Shown here: one piece after another, positions 9,506 to 19,873 of the stretch
Layout of the letters: the number at the start of each line of letters is the position of its first letter
Numbering within the stretch: position 1 is the first letter of the stretch
Position numbers and translations under genes: made by a program
Notes under the pieces: generated by a model
The model's input: only the letters and a program-made list of their open reading frames with translations
Told to the model about the DNA's origin: nothing
Database searches by the model: none
From: Methanobacteriota archaeon
GTDB lineage: Archaea; Thermoplasmatota; Poseidoniia; Poseidoniales; Poseidoniaceae
Direction of reading: 5' to 3'
DNA length: 55,667 bases
Assembly: GCA_018650165.1 (NCBI GenBank)
Contig: JABIGM010000064.1
Span: 1-55,667 of the forward strand

Positions 9506-11533
9506 ATGTCCATGATTTCAGTCACTCTGCCAGATGGTTCAGTAAACGAATATTCTGCAGGTATTACCGCAGGGGAAATCGTAATCGATATCGAAGGAAG
9601 AAAGCACGAGTGTATCGCTGCGATGGTAGATGGTTCGCAATCCGATTTCTCTACTGTCTTAGAATCTGATTGCTCCGTTGAAGGTATTTCGGGATTTTCA
9701 GATGAGGGCATTCACATCATGCGCCACAGCGCAGCACACCTTTTGGCGCAAGCAGTTACCACGCTTTATCCAGATGCTAAGCCAACTATTGGCCCAGCTA
9801 TCGACCGGGGATTTTACTACGATTTCGCTAATCTCGAGGACTTCGGAGAATCCGATCTCAAGGGTGTTCAAAAGAAAATGCACGAAATCGCTCGCCGTAA
9901 TATCTCGGTTGAACGTGTTGAATGCAGTGAGGCCGAATTAGGTGAAATGTTCTCATCTAACCCATACAAAATGGAAATTATCAACGACAAACTGGAAGAC
10001 GGAGCTGGCTCTACGATATATCGCCAAGGCGAATGGTATGACCTATGCTTGGGACCACACGTTCATTCGACTTCCAAACTGATGCATGTTCGCTTAACAT
10101 CAGTATCTTCAGCTTTCTGGAGAGGAGACCAAAGTAGAGAACAATTAACCAGGATTTATGGAATTGTAGAGCCCACTAAAGAATCTCTCAAATCAACAAT
10201 GGCTGCAATTGAAGAAGCAAAAAAGCGTGACCACAGGAAATTAGGTAAGGATTTACAATTATTCCATGTTGACGAAGAGGTTGGTCAAGGATTGATTCTA
10301 TGGACTCCCCGTGGAGCAACTATCCGAACATGTTTACAGAATTTTATTTCTGAACACCTTACAAGGCAAGGATACAGTCAAGTTTACACCCCTCACATTG
10401 GGAAGTTAGATCTGTACCGTACAAGTGGACATTTCCCTTACTATCAGGATTCACAGTACCCTCCGCTTGTAGAAAAAGACATGATGATCAAGTTAGCAAA
10501 TGAAGGGTGTACTTGTGGTGAACTGGCAAACCTGATGAGTGCAGGTGACATTGAGGGATACATGCTCAAGCCAATGAATTGCCCCCACCACATCAAGATA
10601 TATTCCTCTCAAGCACGCTCTTATCGAGACCTTCCGCTAAGGTTGGCTGAATTTGGAACTGTATATCGCTGGGAGCAATCTGGCGAAATTTCAGGTATGA
10701 CACGTGTACGAGGATTTACTCAAGATGATGCACATCTATTCGTAACTGAAGACCAAATCGCTGGTGAAGTTCTAGGTTGTATCGAATTAGTTCAGGTTAT
10801 CTTTGAAGCATTAGGAATGAGTGATTATCGTGTCCGCGTGGGTCTGAGAGATATGGATTCGGGCAAGTATGTTGGTTCTAATGAGAAATGGGAACTTGCA
10901 GAGAAAGCATGTAGGGATGCTGCCAGTAGCCTTGGAGTTAATTGGTCTGAAGAAGAAGGTGAAGCCGCTTTCTATGGGCCGAAAATTGATTTCGTTGTAA
11001 AAGATGTAATCGGACGCGAGTGGCAACTTGGAACAGTTCAAGTCGATTACAACCTACCTGAGCGCTTTGGTTTACAGTACAAAGGTAGTGATGGAGAAAT
11101 GCATCGCCCTGTAATGATACATCGTGCACCATTCGGTTCTATGGAACGTTTCTGTGGAGTCTTGATTGAGCATTTCGCAGGTAAGTTCCCTACTTGGTTA
11201 GCACCAACCCAAATTCATGTACTCACTATTTCTGAAAAGCAGGTTGCATATGGGCAAGATATCGCTGCAAAACTCAAATCTGCGGGAGTAAGAGTCGAAT
11301 TGGATGATGGCGACGATACAATTGGAAAGAAAATCCGTATGCACAGAAAATTCCAACCAGCATATATGTTGATTCTAGGAGATGATGAAGCAAACAATAA
11401 CTCAGTCTCTATTCGGGCAAGGAATGGAGACCAAAGGGCAGATGTTGCTTTCGAAGAATTCCTTGCAGAGTTACAAAATGAAATTCATTCAAAGGCAGCG
11501 ACTCCTGCATTAGTACCCCCGCAAAGTAATTGA
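9506..11533 (+). CDS. thrS: Threonyl-tRNA synthetase, bacterial type (TGS + editing domain)
   Basis: VTLPDGS, HSAAHLLAQAV, DLCLGPHV, KPMNCPHH, RVRGFTQDDAH, AFYGPKID, IHRAPFGSMERF. SD GGAGG 7 nt before ATG 9506. Confidence 0.97.
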   Translation: MSMISVTLPDGSVNEYSAGITAGEIVIDIEGRKHECIAAMVDGSQSDFSTVLESDCSVEGISGFSDEGIHIMRHSAAHLLAQAVTTLYPDAKPTIGPAIDRGFYYDFANLEDFGESDLKGVQKKMHEIARRNISVERVECSEAELGEMFSSNPYKMEIINDKLEDGAGSTIYRQGEWYDLCLGPHVHSTSKLMHVRLTSVSSAFWRGDQSREQLTRIYGIVEPTKESLKSTMAAIEEAKKRDHRKLGKDLQLFHVDEEVGQGLILWTPRGATIRTCLQNFISEHLTRQGYSQVYTPHIGKLDLYRTSGHFPYYQDSQYPPLVEKDMMIKLANEGCTCGELANLMSAGDIEGYMLKPMNCPHHIKIYSSQARSYRDLPLRLAEFGTVYRWEQSGEISGMTRVRGFTQDDAHLFVTEDQIAGEVLGCIELVQVIFEALGMSDYRVRVGLRDMDSGKYVGSNEKWELAEKACRDAASSLGVNWSEEEGEAAFYGPKIDFVVKDVIGREWQLGTVQVDYNLPERFGLQYKGSDGEMHRPVMIHRAPFGSMERFCGVLIEHFAGKFPTWLAPTQIHVLTISEKQVAYGQDIAAKLKSAGVRVELDDGDDTIGKKIRMHRKFQPAYMLILGDDEANNNSVSIRARNGDQRADVAFEEFLAELQNEIHSKAATPALVPPQSN

Positions 11534-11542
11534 GGCTAACAA

Positions 11543-14077
11543 ATGGGAATTCAATTAGTAAATGGCTTCGATGCTATGGCTTTAATCGCCATCACATTTT
11601 CAGGCCTTATTGCATACTTATTCCAAGAATTTCTAATTCCACGCGGCCTATCAGGCCTTCAAGTTGCATTTCCAACCGGGCCAAAAAGATACGAGGTACA
11701 TACTGTAACATCTGACAAATTTGAGGCTCGAACTCTATTGAAAGCGCCGGGTATGAGATACGGACTAACCGTATACATCATGGCACTAATGGGCGCAATT
11801 TTACTTGCTGCTGAGTGGACATTCTACCAACTGGAATGGACTGATGGTATCCATAGCTTTTCACTTGCAACCGCTTTAGTTCTAATCGTATTTCCTGCAA
11901 TGATTTCGACTGGTGTATCGATGAGTACACAATTAATCACACGCACGGGGGGAAACCGCGCTACTCTACAAGGGGCAAGCACTTTTCGTAGAGGTACTGC
12001 CTTCAATATCACAGTTCTATGGTTTACTGCATTATTGATGCTGTGGTACCTCATGGGCTTAGCCGAAGTATCATGGGATAGGAAATTGGCTCTTATTGGT
12101 AGTCTTGCATTTGCACCTGGATTCATAGCATACGGTCGGGTCTTAGGTTCCTCATGGACTGCGTTGGTTGAGTCGAGTAAACAGCTGTCTAAGGGTGAGC
12201 CTTCAGCGTTTTATCCCTATAAACCTAAAGCGCGTAAACAATTCATCTCTACTTTAGTTTGGCTAAACTCAATTGCAATGCCATTCATTGCATTCAATAC
12301 CCTAGTTTCATTGATTCTTCTTGCATTCGACCCAGCGATGTTTGAACATACACAGCAGGTTCTCGATCTTCCAGAATACCGGCCTCAATCTTCAATAATG
12401 GAAGAAGGAGGAGTTTTAGGGTTCTATGCTATCGAATTATTTTCTAACATTTCAGAATCAGGAATAAGAGTTCCTTTGGTTACATTCGTGCTTCTATTCC
12501 TTCTATTGAACGTGGCAATCATTGGCTTCTTATTCGTCTATGAAGTTGCGCGTATCTTGTTTTTAGATATTGCAGATGTTTCTGGAAAGGGGGGAATCCG
12601 TCTTGCGGATTCAAGGTTATTACGGAGTGAAAGAAATCAACAAGCAAATGTTCTGAATTTTTGTTTCACTGGGTTTGCTGGCCAATCAATGCTATTGCTA
12701 GCGCTTGCTATGCTGACTTTTTGGGACTCTCAATACCTACCACAAGGTGCTGAATGTGGAACTTGGGAAGATTCTATTTGCCAAATACTTCGCAAAAATG
12801 CTCTAGAAGAAATGACCTGGATGCTTGCAGCAGGAGGGCAAGTTGTTTTCCTTGGAATATGGGTTATGTCTCGAAGAACTGGTCAGCGCTTAGAAGATAT
12901 TACATTCGATGCAATGGCCAACGAAAAAAGAATTCAATTGGAAGCAATTGAAGGTATCATTTACCGCAAAGGTGAGGCTTTTACCGACTTAATTGCAGGG
13001 GATGAATGGTCTAAAGCGATGGAGAAAATGGAATTGCTCTATGAAGACCATGGAGAAGAGAGCATCGAAGGGCTATCTCTTGTTCGACGTACTGAAGCCA
13101 GCATGGAATTGCTAATGGGTATTGGGCGATGGGATCAGGCTGAACAAGTTGCTCTATCCTTCCTAGCATTAAGAGCAGGCCGTACCGCTGAAATCGCTCG
13201 TTTGATCCTTGCGGCTGCCTCCCTTGCTCAAAGAGACATACCTGAAGCAATTCCAAGACTCAAATTACTGACTGATGAAGATATCGAGGCTGCTAGATTA
13301 AAATGGATTACATCTATTCTAGACCCTTCACAAAAGATTCCTGACAAGATTAAGTTAATGTTACGATTAGACCCCGTTACCAAGCGGAATATCGATCTCC
13401 TTCGAAGATACTCTGAAGGCATTCCTGGCAGCAAAATAAAGTGGAAATACAAGCCTGCTACAAAGTTGCATATCTTGGGAGATATTGCCCGATTTAGATT
13501 GTGGTCACAATCTGATATTGCCCTAGATAAATTAGAAGCTTGGGCCAAAGAAAATGAAATCGACATGATGCAATGGCCCCATGGTCAAACTGCTCGCGCA
13601 TTACTTTACCTTGACAAAGGAATGTCTGCCAGTGCTGTCAACATAGTTGAACAAACTATGAAATTGCATTCAAGACACCCACACCTAAGAAGATTAGCGA
13701 TTTATTTAGCATTCCAAGGTGAAATGAAAATGCCAGAACCTGAAGTTACTGGATTGATTTGGGCAGACACTATGGATGGAGATTGGGCGATTAATTGGCC
13801 TAAAACCCACAATGTTGTTTCTGCACCTAGCATTACGACCAATCCATTGAAAATGCACTCATGGGATGCAAATGCATGGGTTGCACGTAGGGAAATGGAA
13901 TCTGTAAACCTTGGATTTAATGGTTGGAAAAAGGTAAATTGGCCCCACCCTCCAATTGCAAATAACCTAATCATGACTGGGTTGATTACAACCGTAGGTG
14001 GCGTCCCTATTGATTTGGGGTTGCCTGGCTGGATTAATTTCAAAGCTATAGAAAAAGCAAAATTACTAGATTTGTAA
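11543..14077 (+). CDS. Large hypothetical protein: polytopic membrane N-half plus TPR-like helical C-half
   Basis: About 9-10 hydrophobic segments in aa 1-445, then helical repeats (GRWDQAEQVAL, RDIPEAIPRL, KGMSASAVNIVEQ). Confidence 0.7.
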   Translation: MGIQLVNGFDAMALIAITFSGLIAYLFQEFLIPRGLSGLQVAFPTGPKRYEVHTVTSDKFEARTLLKAPGMRYGLTVYIMALMGAILLAAEWTFYQLEWTDGIHSFSLATALVLIVFPAMISTGVSMSTQLITRTGGNRATLQGASTFRRGTAFNITVLWFTALLMLWYLMGLAEVSWDRKLALIGSLAFAPGFIAYGRVLGSSWTALVESSKQLSKGEPSAFYPYKPKARKQFISTLVWLNSIAMPFIAFNTLVSLILLAFDPAMFEHTQQVLDLPEYRPQSSIMEEGGVLGFYAIELFSNISESGIRVPLVTFVLLFLLLNVAIIGFLFVYEVARILFLDIADVSGKGGIRLADSRLLRSERNQQANVLNFCFTGFAGQSMLLLALAMLTFWDSQYLPQGAECGTWEDSICQILRKNALEEMTWMLAAGGQVVFLGIWVMSRRTGQRLEDITFDAMANEKRIQLEAIEGIIYRKGEAFTDLIAGDEWSKAMEKMELLYEDHGEESIEGLSLVRRTEASMELLMGIGRWDQAEQVALSFLALRAGRTAEIARLILAAASLAQRDIPEAIPRLKLLTDEDIEAARLKWITSILDPSQKIPDKIKLMLRLDPVTKRNIDLLRRYSEGIPGSKIKWKYKPATKLHILGDIARFRLWSQSDIALDKLEAWAKENEIDMMQWPHGQTARALLYLDKGMSASAVNIVEQTMKLHSRHPHLRRLAIYLAFQGEMKMPEPEVTGLIWADTMDGDWAINWPKTHNVVSAPSITTNPLKMHSWDANAWVARREMESVNLGFNGWKKVNWPHPPIANNLIMTGLITTVGGVPIDLGLPGWINFKAIEKAKLLDL

Positions 14078-14554
14078 TCAAAGTAAGTTGTCTGCAAGTC
14101 CTTCGATATCTTGGGTCTTACCACAGTATCTACAACGCAGTTCCAGTGGTATACGGTTGGTAACTAACAAACGGTGTGGTAACGGTTCACGGTGATTGGT
14201 AGTAATACAATTAGAGAAAGTACACCTTGCTACATTAACTACTTCTTCAGTTAAATTGATCTCCAGTTTTTCAGCAACAGAATATGCACGAATAATCGCT
14301 ACTGATGCATCAGGAGCAACAAGGGCAAGTCTGTCAAGTTCATTTTGAGTTAATTCTCTATCCTCAACCTTGATGATATCCTTGCCGCCCATTTTCTTTG
14401 ATGGGACATTCATTACCAGTGAAACGGGATTAGACATACCCCCTCCAATTCCAAGCATCTTTAGCACAGAAAGGGCTTTTCCGGATGGAACGTGGTCGAT
14501 TACTGTCCCATTCTTAATTGCGGTGACTCTGCGCATATTGCCTTCTTGACTCAA
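14078..14554 (-). CDS. pyrI: Aspartate carbamoyltransferase regulatory chain
   Basis: AIKNGTVIDHV, KDIIKVE, Zn ligands CTFSNCIT and CRYC; overlaps the pyrB stop. Confidence 0.96.
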   Translation of the reverse strand: MSQEGNMRRVTAIKNGTVIDHVPSGKALSVLKMLGIGGGMSNPVSLVMNVPSKKMGGKDIIKVEDRELTQNELDRLALVAPDASVAIIRAYSVAEKLEINLTEEVVNVARCTFSNCITTNHREPLPHRLLVTNRIPLELRCRYCGKTQDIEGLADNLL

Positions 14555-15501
14555 AGAACCACCCCCGCTGCATTTACATCTTCAGGAACTGTAACGCCTA
14601 GCAGCCAACACATTAGTGACATTCTAGCTACAACTCCGTTGAATGCTTGCTGGAAGTAGAATGCATGCCGTGTTGTGTCTACCGATGGGTGGATTTCATC
14701 TACTCTAGGTAGAGGATGCATGATGATCATCTCTGCTTTGGCTCCATCCAAATCCCTTGCATGTAACTTGTAAGCACCAGCGACCTTCGCGTATTCTTCT
14801 TCATCAGGGAATCTTTCTTTTTGTATTCGAGTCATGTAAATGACGTCTGCGTTGTCTATGTGATTAAGCAGTTCAGTGGTTTCTACAACCTCGGACCCAT
14901 GGGCTCTGAGATCTGCTACAATTTCTTCAGGCATACGCAAACCTTCAGGTGATGCAAAGGTAACATTGCAACCGAACCTAGCAAGAGCATGAGATAATGA
15001 ATGGACAGTTCGCCCATATCGCAAATCTCCTGCCAACACAACATTTAGTCCCTCAAGTGTTCCATGGGCACTTCGAATTGTGAATAAATCGAGCATTGTT
15101 TGTGTTGGGTGATGGCCAGCGCCATCCCCCCCATTCATAATTGGAACTCGTGCACTATCGCATGCATATTGTGCCGCTCCTTGGCGTGGGTGGCGCATAG
15201 CAATAATGTCAGTATATCCATCTACCATTTGGATGGTGTCAAACAGTGTTTCACCTTTGACTACCGATGAAGTTTTTACATCTCCAAGATTGACAACATC
15301 TCCGCCTAAACGCTTCATTGCGGTCTCGAAGGACATTCGGGTTCTCGTGGATGGTTCAAAGAATAAATTACCCAAAATTCTGCCCTGAAGCAGTGGCAAA
15401 TACAGTTCGCCTCGTGCAACTGGTAGTAGCTTTTCAGCGTCGTCTAAGATAGAGATTATTTCCTCATTAGTCAGGTCGTCCATGGTGATGATTCCGGGCA
15501 T
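14551..15501 (-). CDS. pyrB: Aspartate carbamoyltransferase catalytic chain
   Basis: FFEPSTRTRMSF, HPTQTMLD, GDLRYGRTVHS, TRIQKERF, MHPLPR. Confidence 0.98.
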   Translation of the reverse strand: MPGIITMDDLTNEEIISILDDAEKLLPVARGELYLPLLQGRILGNLFFEPSTRTRMSFETAMKRLGGDVVNLGDVKTSSVVKGETLFDTIQMVDGYTDIIAMRHPRQGAAQYACDSARVPIMNGGDGAGHHPTQTMLDLFTIRSAHGTLEGLNVVLAGDLRYGRTVHSLSHALARFGCNVTFASPEGLRMPEEIVADLRAHGSEVVETTELLNHIDNADVIYMTRIQKERFPDEEEYAKVAGAYKLHARDLDGAKAEMIIMHPLPRVDEIHPSVDTTRHAFYFQQAFNGVVARMSLMCWLLGVTVPEDVNAAGVVL

Positions 15502-15600
15502 ATTGCTCCCCCTTCCCTAAGAGTTGGGCCTATGCCGACCTTGAACATATGGGCGCGAGAGCCCGCTTGCTTGATGTGGGATGAGTCCCCCCTTAGGGTC

Positions 15601-18102
15601 ATGCGCAGAGTGTTGCTACTTGCACTGCTTCTCCTAATCCCTCCCGTTTGGGCAGAAGGAAGTCCAACATGGACTGTTGAAGTTGAAGACCCATTAGGTA
15701 ATCCGATTAGCGATTGTGAAGTGACATTGAGGGAACCTTGGTCTGGCAATATTATGAGTGAGCCTAATGGCGCAATGTATCAACCAAGTGCGATATGCGA
15801 TGGTTATGTAGTAATGTGGCACCCACCCGTCCAATCATCTCAAACTACCATTGTTTTGGACGCATACCCTATAATTGAAGATTTATTCACAGTTGAAGGC
15901 GCACATACAATGCAAGTTCTTGGAAGTACTTGGCAGGCTAATGTCTCTGATGGAACAGTAGATGCTCCTAATGGAGTTCCAGTTTTAATTATCGGAGAAG
16001 GTGGTAGCGAAGTTAGAATCGGTCAGGCACAGATTTCAATTCCGAATGCTACTACAACCTACAATTTAAGTGGAAATTATTCTAATGATTACACTGTATC
16101 TGCTTTTCATACTGGCTCTGGACATTCTGTTGATTCAGTTGATGGGAATCTCACAGTTGGCGAATATGGTGGAGGATGGTCAGCTAGGGTCATTTCCAGT
16201 GGTATGCCCGTTGGTGTTTCTACATGGCCGCCAACTGTTGAATGGATTGAAAACCAGATAAATCATACCACTGATGTGGGATATGCTCACCTCGAATTCA
16301 CTTCTAGTTTAATTCCAAATCAAAATATAAGTGGAACCTGGACTGCAAGTCATATCTTCAATGAAGGACTTGGTCTTCCGTTTATCCCTGGTGTACAGGC
16401 AGGAATTGCAAGTCAAGTAGATCGCTTTCTAAACGGTGATGTAAATCAACTAGAGGAACTTCTTGAAACTATCACATATAGTAACGGAAGAGAGGCTTTG
16501 TGTTGCATCATGGATGATGGAGAGGTCGTTTTCAACAGTTTTAGTGTTGAAGCTGAAATTGATTTTTCTAGCGGGACATGGGGTTGGAATGAAACTGGAA
16601 TTATTTCTGCAGAACGTTCTCAAATCGATATGCTAAGACTTGAAGTACCATTCCAAAATGACCTCCGTCAAACCACCCCGCTATCAATCATAACAGATGG
16701 AAATTGGCAATATCTGTCCAGTCCTTTGGAGGAATGGATTAATGGTTCGACTGCAAACTTTACTCTTGAGCGAGATGAATCATCAATCTCAGGGTACTAT
16801 ACAATCACATTAGGACCTAACTCCGCACCTATTGTAACTTTGAGTGAGGAGTATGCGTTGCCATGGGAAAATCAATCTTACAATTTTGTTCCTGTAATTG
16901 TTGACGCACCACTGTCAGTGCATGAATGTGAATGGAACATCTCTAATTCCAATATTAGCACTGAAGTAAATCTCTCACTATTTACCCCGGATTCGAGTAT
17001 CTTGGTATCTGTTACATGTACAGATGAAGGAGGTCTATCTGGCTCAGCAAATGGAAGTTTTGTTCTCGATGATGGAAATCCTTGGATAAATGCAAGCTCT
17101 GAGGTACAAACGATTCCACCCGGTTTATTTGATTGGGATTTGATAGTGGGTGATGACCATGACAATAACCTCAGAGTATATTGGACCAGTAACAAATCTG
17201 AGGGATGGTGGTACACCGGAGATGAGTTGCATACATCCTTTAGTGTCGATTCGAATACAAATTCAATCAATGACAATATTAGTGAAAGGCACAAGGCTAG
17301 AAACCCAGTTGAATATTGGCTTTCTGCTGAAGTTACCGATGATGTTGGACACAGCACTAGTGGAAATTGGACGATACGTTTGAGCGATGATTCGGGCCCA
17401 GTTATTCTTGGAACTCTGGAGATGAAAGATGCGGACGGAGAATGGGAATCCGCAGAAACAATCGCCAGACCTTCTAGTGAATTACGTCTTAATTTGACTG
17501 AGAGTTTTGATGACTACTCTCCAATTGACAAAATTAATTTTACAATTGAAATATATGGGAATACATATTCTAATATTTCATGGTCTGATGCTCAATATTG
17601 GGTGATCCCTAATCTAGGAGTTGGCTATCACCAAATCAGCATAAGCGGTTATGATGAAATGGGGAATACCGCCGGGAGTATGATAGGAATTGCAATCGCT
17701 CCACCGGTCACAAGAGACCTTGAAATCATAGATATTACAAGTTCAACTACAGATATCGAACCTGGAGATAATCTCTTTTGGGTTACAGTACAGAACAATG
17801 GTGCATCCTCAACTGAATTCATACTCTGCAGTGGAGAAGTCTGTGTCGACTCAATTGTTGGCCCTTCCAGTTATTCTTACAATGCAACAGCAATAGTTGC
17901 AATAGATGCCGACTTGGGATGGTTTGAAACGTTCTCTGTTGAGTTATCCTATCTTGACGATTCAAACGCTACAGTGATTAAACATTCAACCAGTGAATTC
18001 GAATCTGGAACCGGCTTTAGCACTCTTGAGATATTTGGCCTCGTAGTTGCCCTCGCTTTTGCAATAGCGTGGATTCGCTCCCGCAACGAACCGAGATTCT
18101 GA
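15601..18102 (+). CDS. Secreted/surface protein with Ig-like and CARDB-like domains and a C-terminal membrane anchor
   Basis: Signal peptide MRRVLLLALLLLIPPVWA from ATG 15601; acidic S/T/N-rich beta-strand sequence; DLEIIDIT...VTVQNNG near the C-terminus; terminal TM followed by RSR. Confidence 0.7.
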   Translation: MRRVLLLALLLLIPPVWAEGSPTWTVEVEDPLGNPISDCEVTLREPWSGNIMSEPNGAMYQPSAICDGYVVMWHPPVQSSQTTIVLDAYPIIEDLFTVEGAHTMQVLGSTWQANVSDGTVDAPNGVPVLIIGEGGSEVRIGQAQISIPNATTTYNLSGNYSNDYTVSAFHTGSGHSVDSVDGNLTVGEYGGGWSARVISSGMPVGVSTWPPTVEWIENQINHTTDVGYAHLEFTSSLIPNQNISGTWTASHIFNEGLGLPFIPGVQAGIASQVDRFLNGDVNQLEELLETITYSNGREALCCIMDDGEVVFNSFSVEAEIDFSSGTWGWNETGIISAERSQIDMLRLEVPFQNDLRQTTPLSIITDGNWQYLSSPLEEWINGSTANFTLERDESSISGYYTITLGPNSAPIVTLSEEYALPWENQSYNFVPVIVDAPLSVHECEWNISNSNISTEVNLSLFTPDSSILVSVTCTDEGGLSGSANGSFVLDDGNPWINASSEVQTIPPGLFDWDLIVGDDHDNNLRVYWTSNKSEGWWYTGDELHTSFSVDSNTNSINDNISERHKARNPVEYWLSAEVTDDVGHSTSGNWTIRLSDDSGPVILGTLEMKDADGEWESAETIARPSSELRLNLTESFDDYSPIDKINFTIEIYGNTYSNISWSDAQYWVIPNLGVGYHQISISGYDEMGNTAGSMIGIAIAPPVTRDLEIIDITSSTTDIEPGDNLFWVTVQNNGASSTEFILCSGEVCVDSIVGPSSYSYNATAIVAIDADLGWFETFSVELSYLDDSNATVIKHSTSEFESGTGFSTLEIFGLVVALAFAIAWIRSRNEPRF

Positions 18103-18127
18103 TATGCTCGGCCGGGGTGGCTATGCC

Positions 18128-19873
18128 ATGGATGGCTTCGTCGATTTGGAAGAGGCTGTCAAAGCAGAAGTCAAAAATCATAATGACAATATAGAAAAAT
18201 TGGCAAGTTTTTCTGCTCTAATCCTTCTTGGAACAGCAACATGGCTAGCATGGCCTGCTTTGCAATCCGCTATGGATGGGGGCCCGCTAATCACAGGCCT
18301 AGGTCATTCAATCATCATTTTAGCATGGGGAGTATTTGTTCAAGATCTCGGTTTTCTAGATAATAAGGGAAGATCTCGGGTTGGAGCGGCAGCAACTATT
18401 TCTTGGCTCCCAATTTCAATAATGGCAATCTCAGAGCTTGAAGGAAATACCTCTCAACTAATTGGAATGTCTATCCTCCTAATTGTCTCCTTGGTACTGT
18501 TTAGAATTAGTAGAACCATATTGAATGGAGATATTGCCGTAATGAAATTTAGGGCTTTAATGGGATTCCTTGGCCTTGTCTTGGCAGGCTCACTAGCAAC
18601 AACTATCGATTTGGATAATAATTCTTCATTTGTCATCATCGGCTTTTGTTTGATTGGATTAATCTTAGCCGGAAAGGATTGGTTTGGAAATGATGACCAA
18701 CGTGCACAGCGTAAAGAATTTGATACCAGATTGAATGCCCTTGAACGCTACATGCTGATTCTGAAAAGTCAGGGCTCCGCTGTAGATCAGGCTGCAAGCT
18801 TGGTAATGACTGCAAGAGAAGAAGGTCATCGCGACCCGACGTGGGGTATGCGCCTGTTAGATGAAGCCGAGGAAGATATCGAGAGGTCGCTTTCGCTAGC
18901 AGGAGATGTTGATGAAATCAAAGCAGATTCGTTAGATGCGGTCAATACTGCTGAAGAAATCGCACCTATTGTCAAGAGGCCAAGAAAGGCCTGGGACATG
19001 GGCCAACGTGAAGTTGAATTAGGTAGTCTTAGAGAAGGAGAGGCGTTATTTCGTCAAGCCAAAAAGCGTGCTAACGAAGTTATTGAATGGTGGGGCAAGG
19101 CCGAGGCAGCAATTAGAGAAGGTGCTGCTTTACTGGCTAAATCGCCGCACGCACAGGGTAATTTAGAAGAATTATTGTCTGATGCTCGGAAGAAATTGAA
19201 TGCTGAGAAACCGAAGAAGGCATATGAATTTGCAATGGTCATTCCAGACCAAGTTGCCGCATCTGGTGACGCTATGGAAATTGCTGAAAATTCAGTTAAA
19301 GATGCTGCACGTCAATTGAAATCCGCAGATGGGCTAAACAAAGAATTACTCGAGGAAAGACTCGCTAATGCTGAAATCGCTCTAGAATCTGGAGACCATG
19401 CCCAGGCAAAGGGACTGTCAGATGGAATCGTCCGTGAGATAGTTACTGAAAGGGAAGGTATGGATGATGTTAGAAGGGCTTTGCGACAAAAGGTACACTT
19501 GATATCCCGTTGGTCTGATAGAGAAGATGCATCAGAATGGGATGCTAGATTACTCGAGATAGAGTCCGCTGCTGATGCACTCGAATGGTCTCATGCTGCA
19601 ACGCTTATTGAGCGGTTGACAAAAGATCTTGATGCTCAGGGCAAGGCTAGTGACGAAGCAACCGAATTATTAGAATTCGTTTTAGAAGAGTGGAAAACTT
19701 TGCGCAATCAATGTGACGCCAGTAGTATTGCGCTTGACGATGAGGACAGAAGGGCGACTGAAGAAGCGATTGGGCTAGCCACTGAAGCCCTACAAGCAGG
19801 TAGAATCGACGAATCTCTAGAATCCCTAGGTCTAGCGGATGGCTTCATGGAAAGGTTAAGACGACGTGTTTGA
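18128..19873 (+). CDS. Hypothetical protein: about 6 TM helices plus long cytoplasmic helical-bundle/coiled-coil tail
   Basis: Hydrophobic N-third, then E/A/R-rich helical repeats. Start placed at ATG 18128 after GGGGTGG. Confidence 0.7.
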   Translation: MDGFVDLEEAVKAEVKNHNDNIEKLASFSALILLGTATWLAWPALQSAMDGGPLITGLGHSIIILAWGVFVQDLGFLDNKGRSRVGAAATISWLPISIMAISELEGNTSQLIGMSILLIVSLVLFRISRTILNGDIAVMKFRALMGFLGLVLAGSLATTIDLDNNSSFVIIGFCLIGLILAGKDWFGNDDQRAQRKEFDTRLNALERYMLILKSQGSAVDQAASLVMTAREEGHRDPTWGMRLLDEAEEDIERSLSLAGDVDEIKADSLDAVNTAEEIAPIVKRPRKAWDMGQREVELGSLREGEALFRQAKKRANEVIEWWGKAEAAIREGAALLAKSPHAQGNLEELLSDARKKLNAEKPKKAYEFAMVIPDQVAASGDAMEIAENSVKDAARQLKSADGLNKELLEERLANAEIALESGDHAQAKGLSDGIVREIVTEREGMDDVRRALRQKVHLISRWSDREDASEWDARLLEIESAADALEWSHAATLIERLTKDLDAQGKASDEATELLEFVLEEWKTLRNQCDASSIALDDEDRRATEEAIGLATEALQAGRIDESLESLGLADGFMERLRRRV

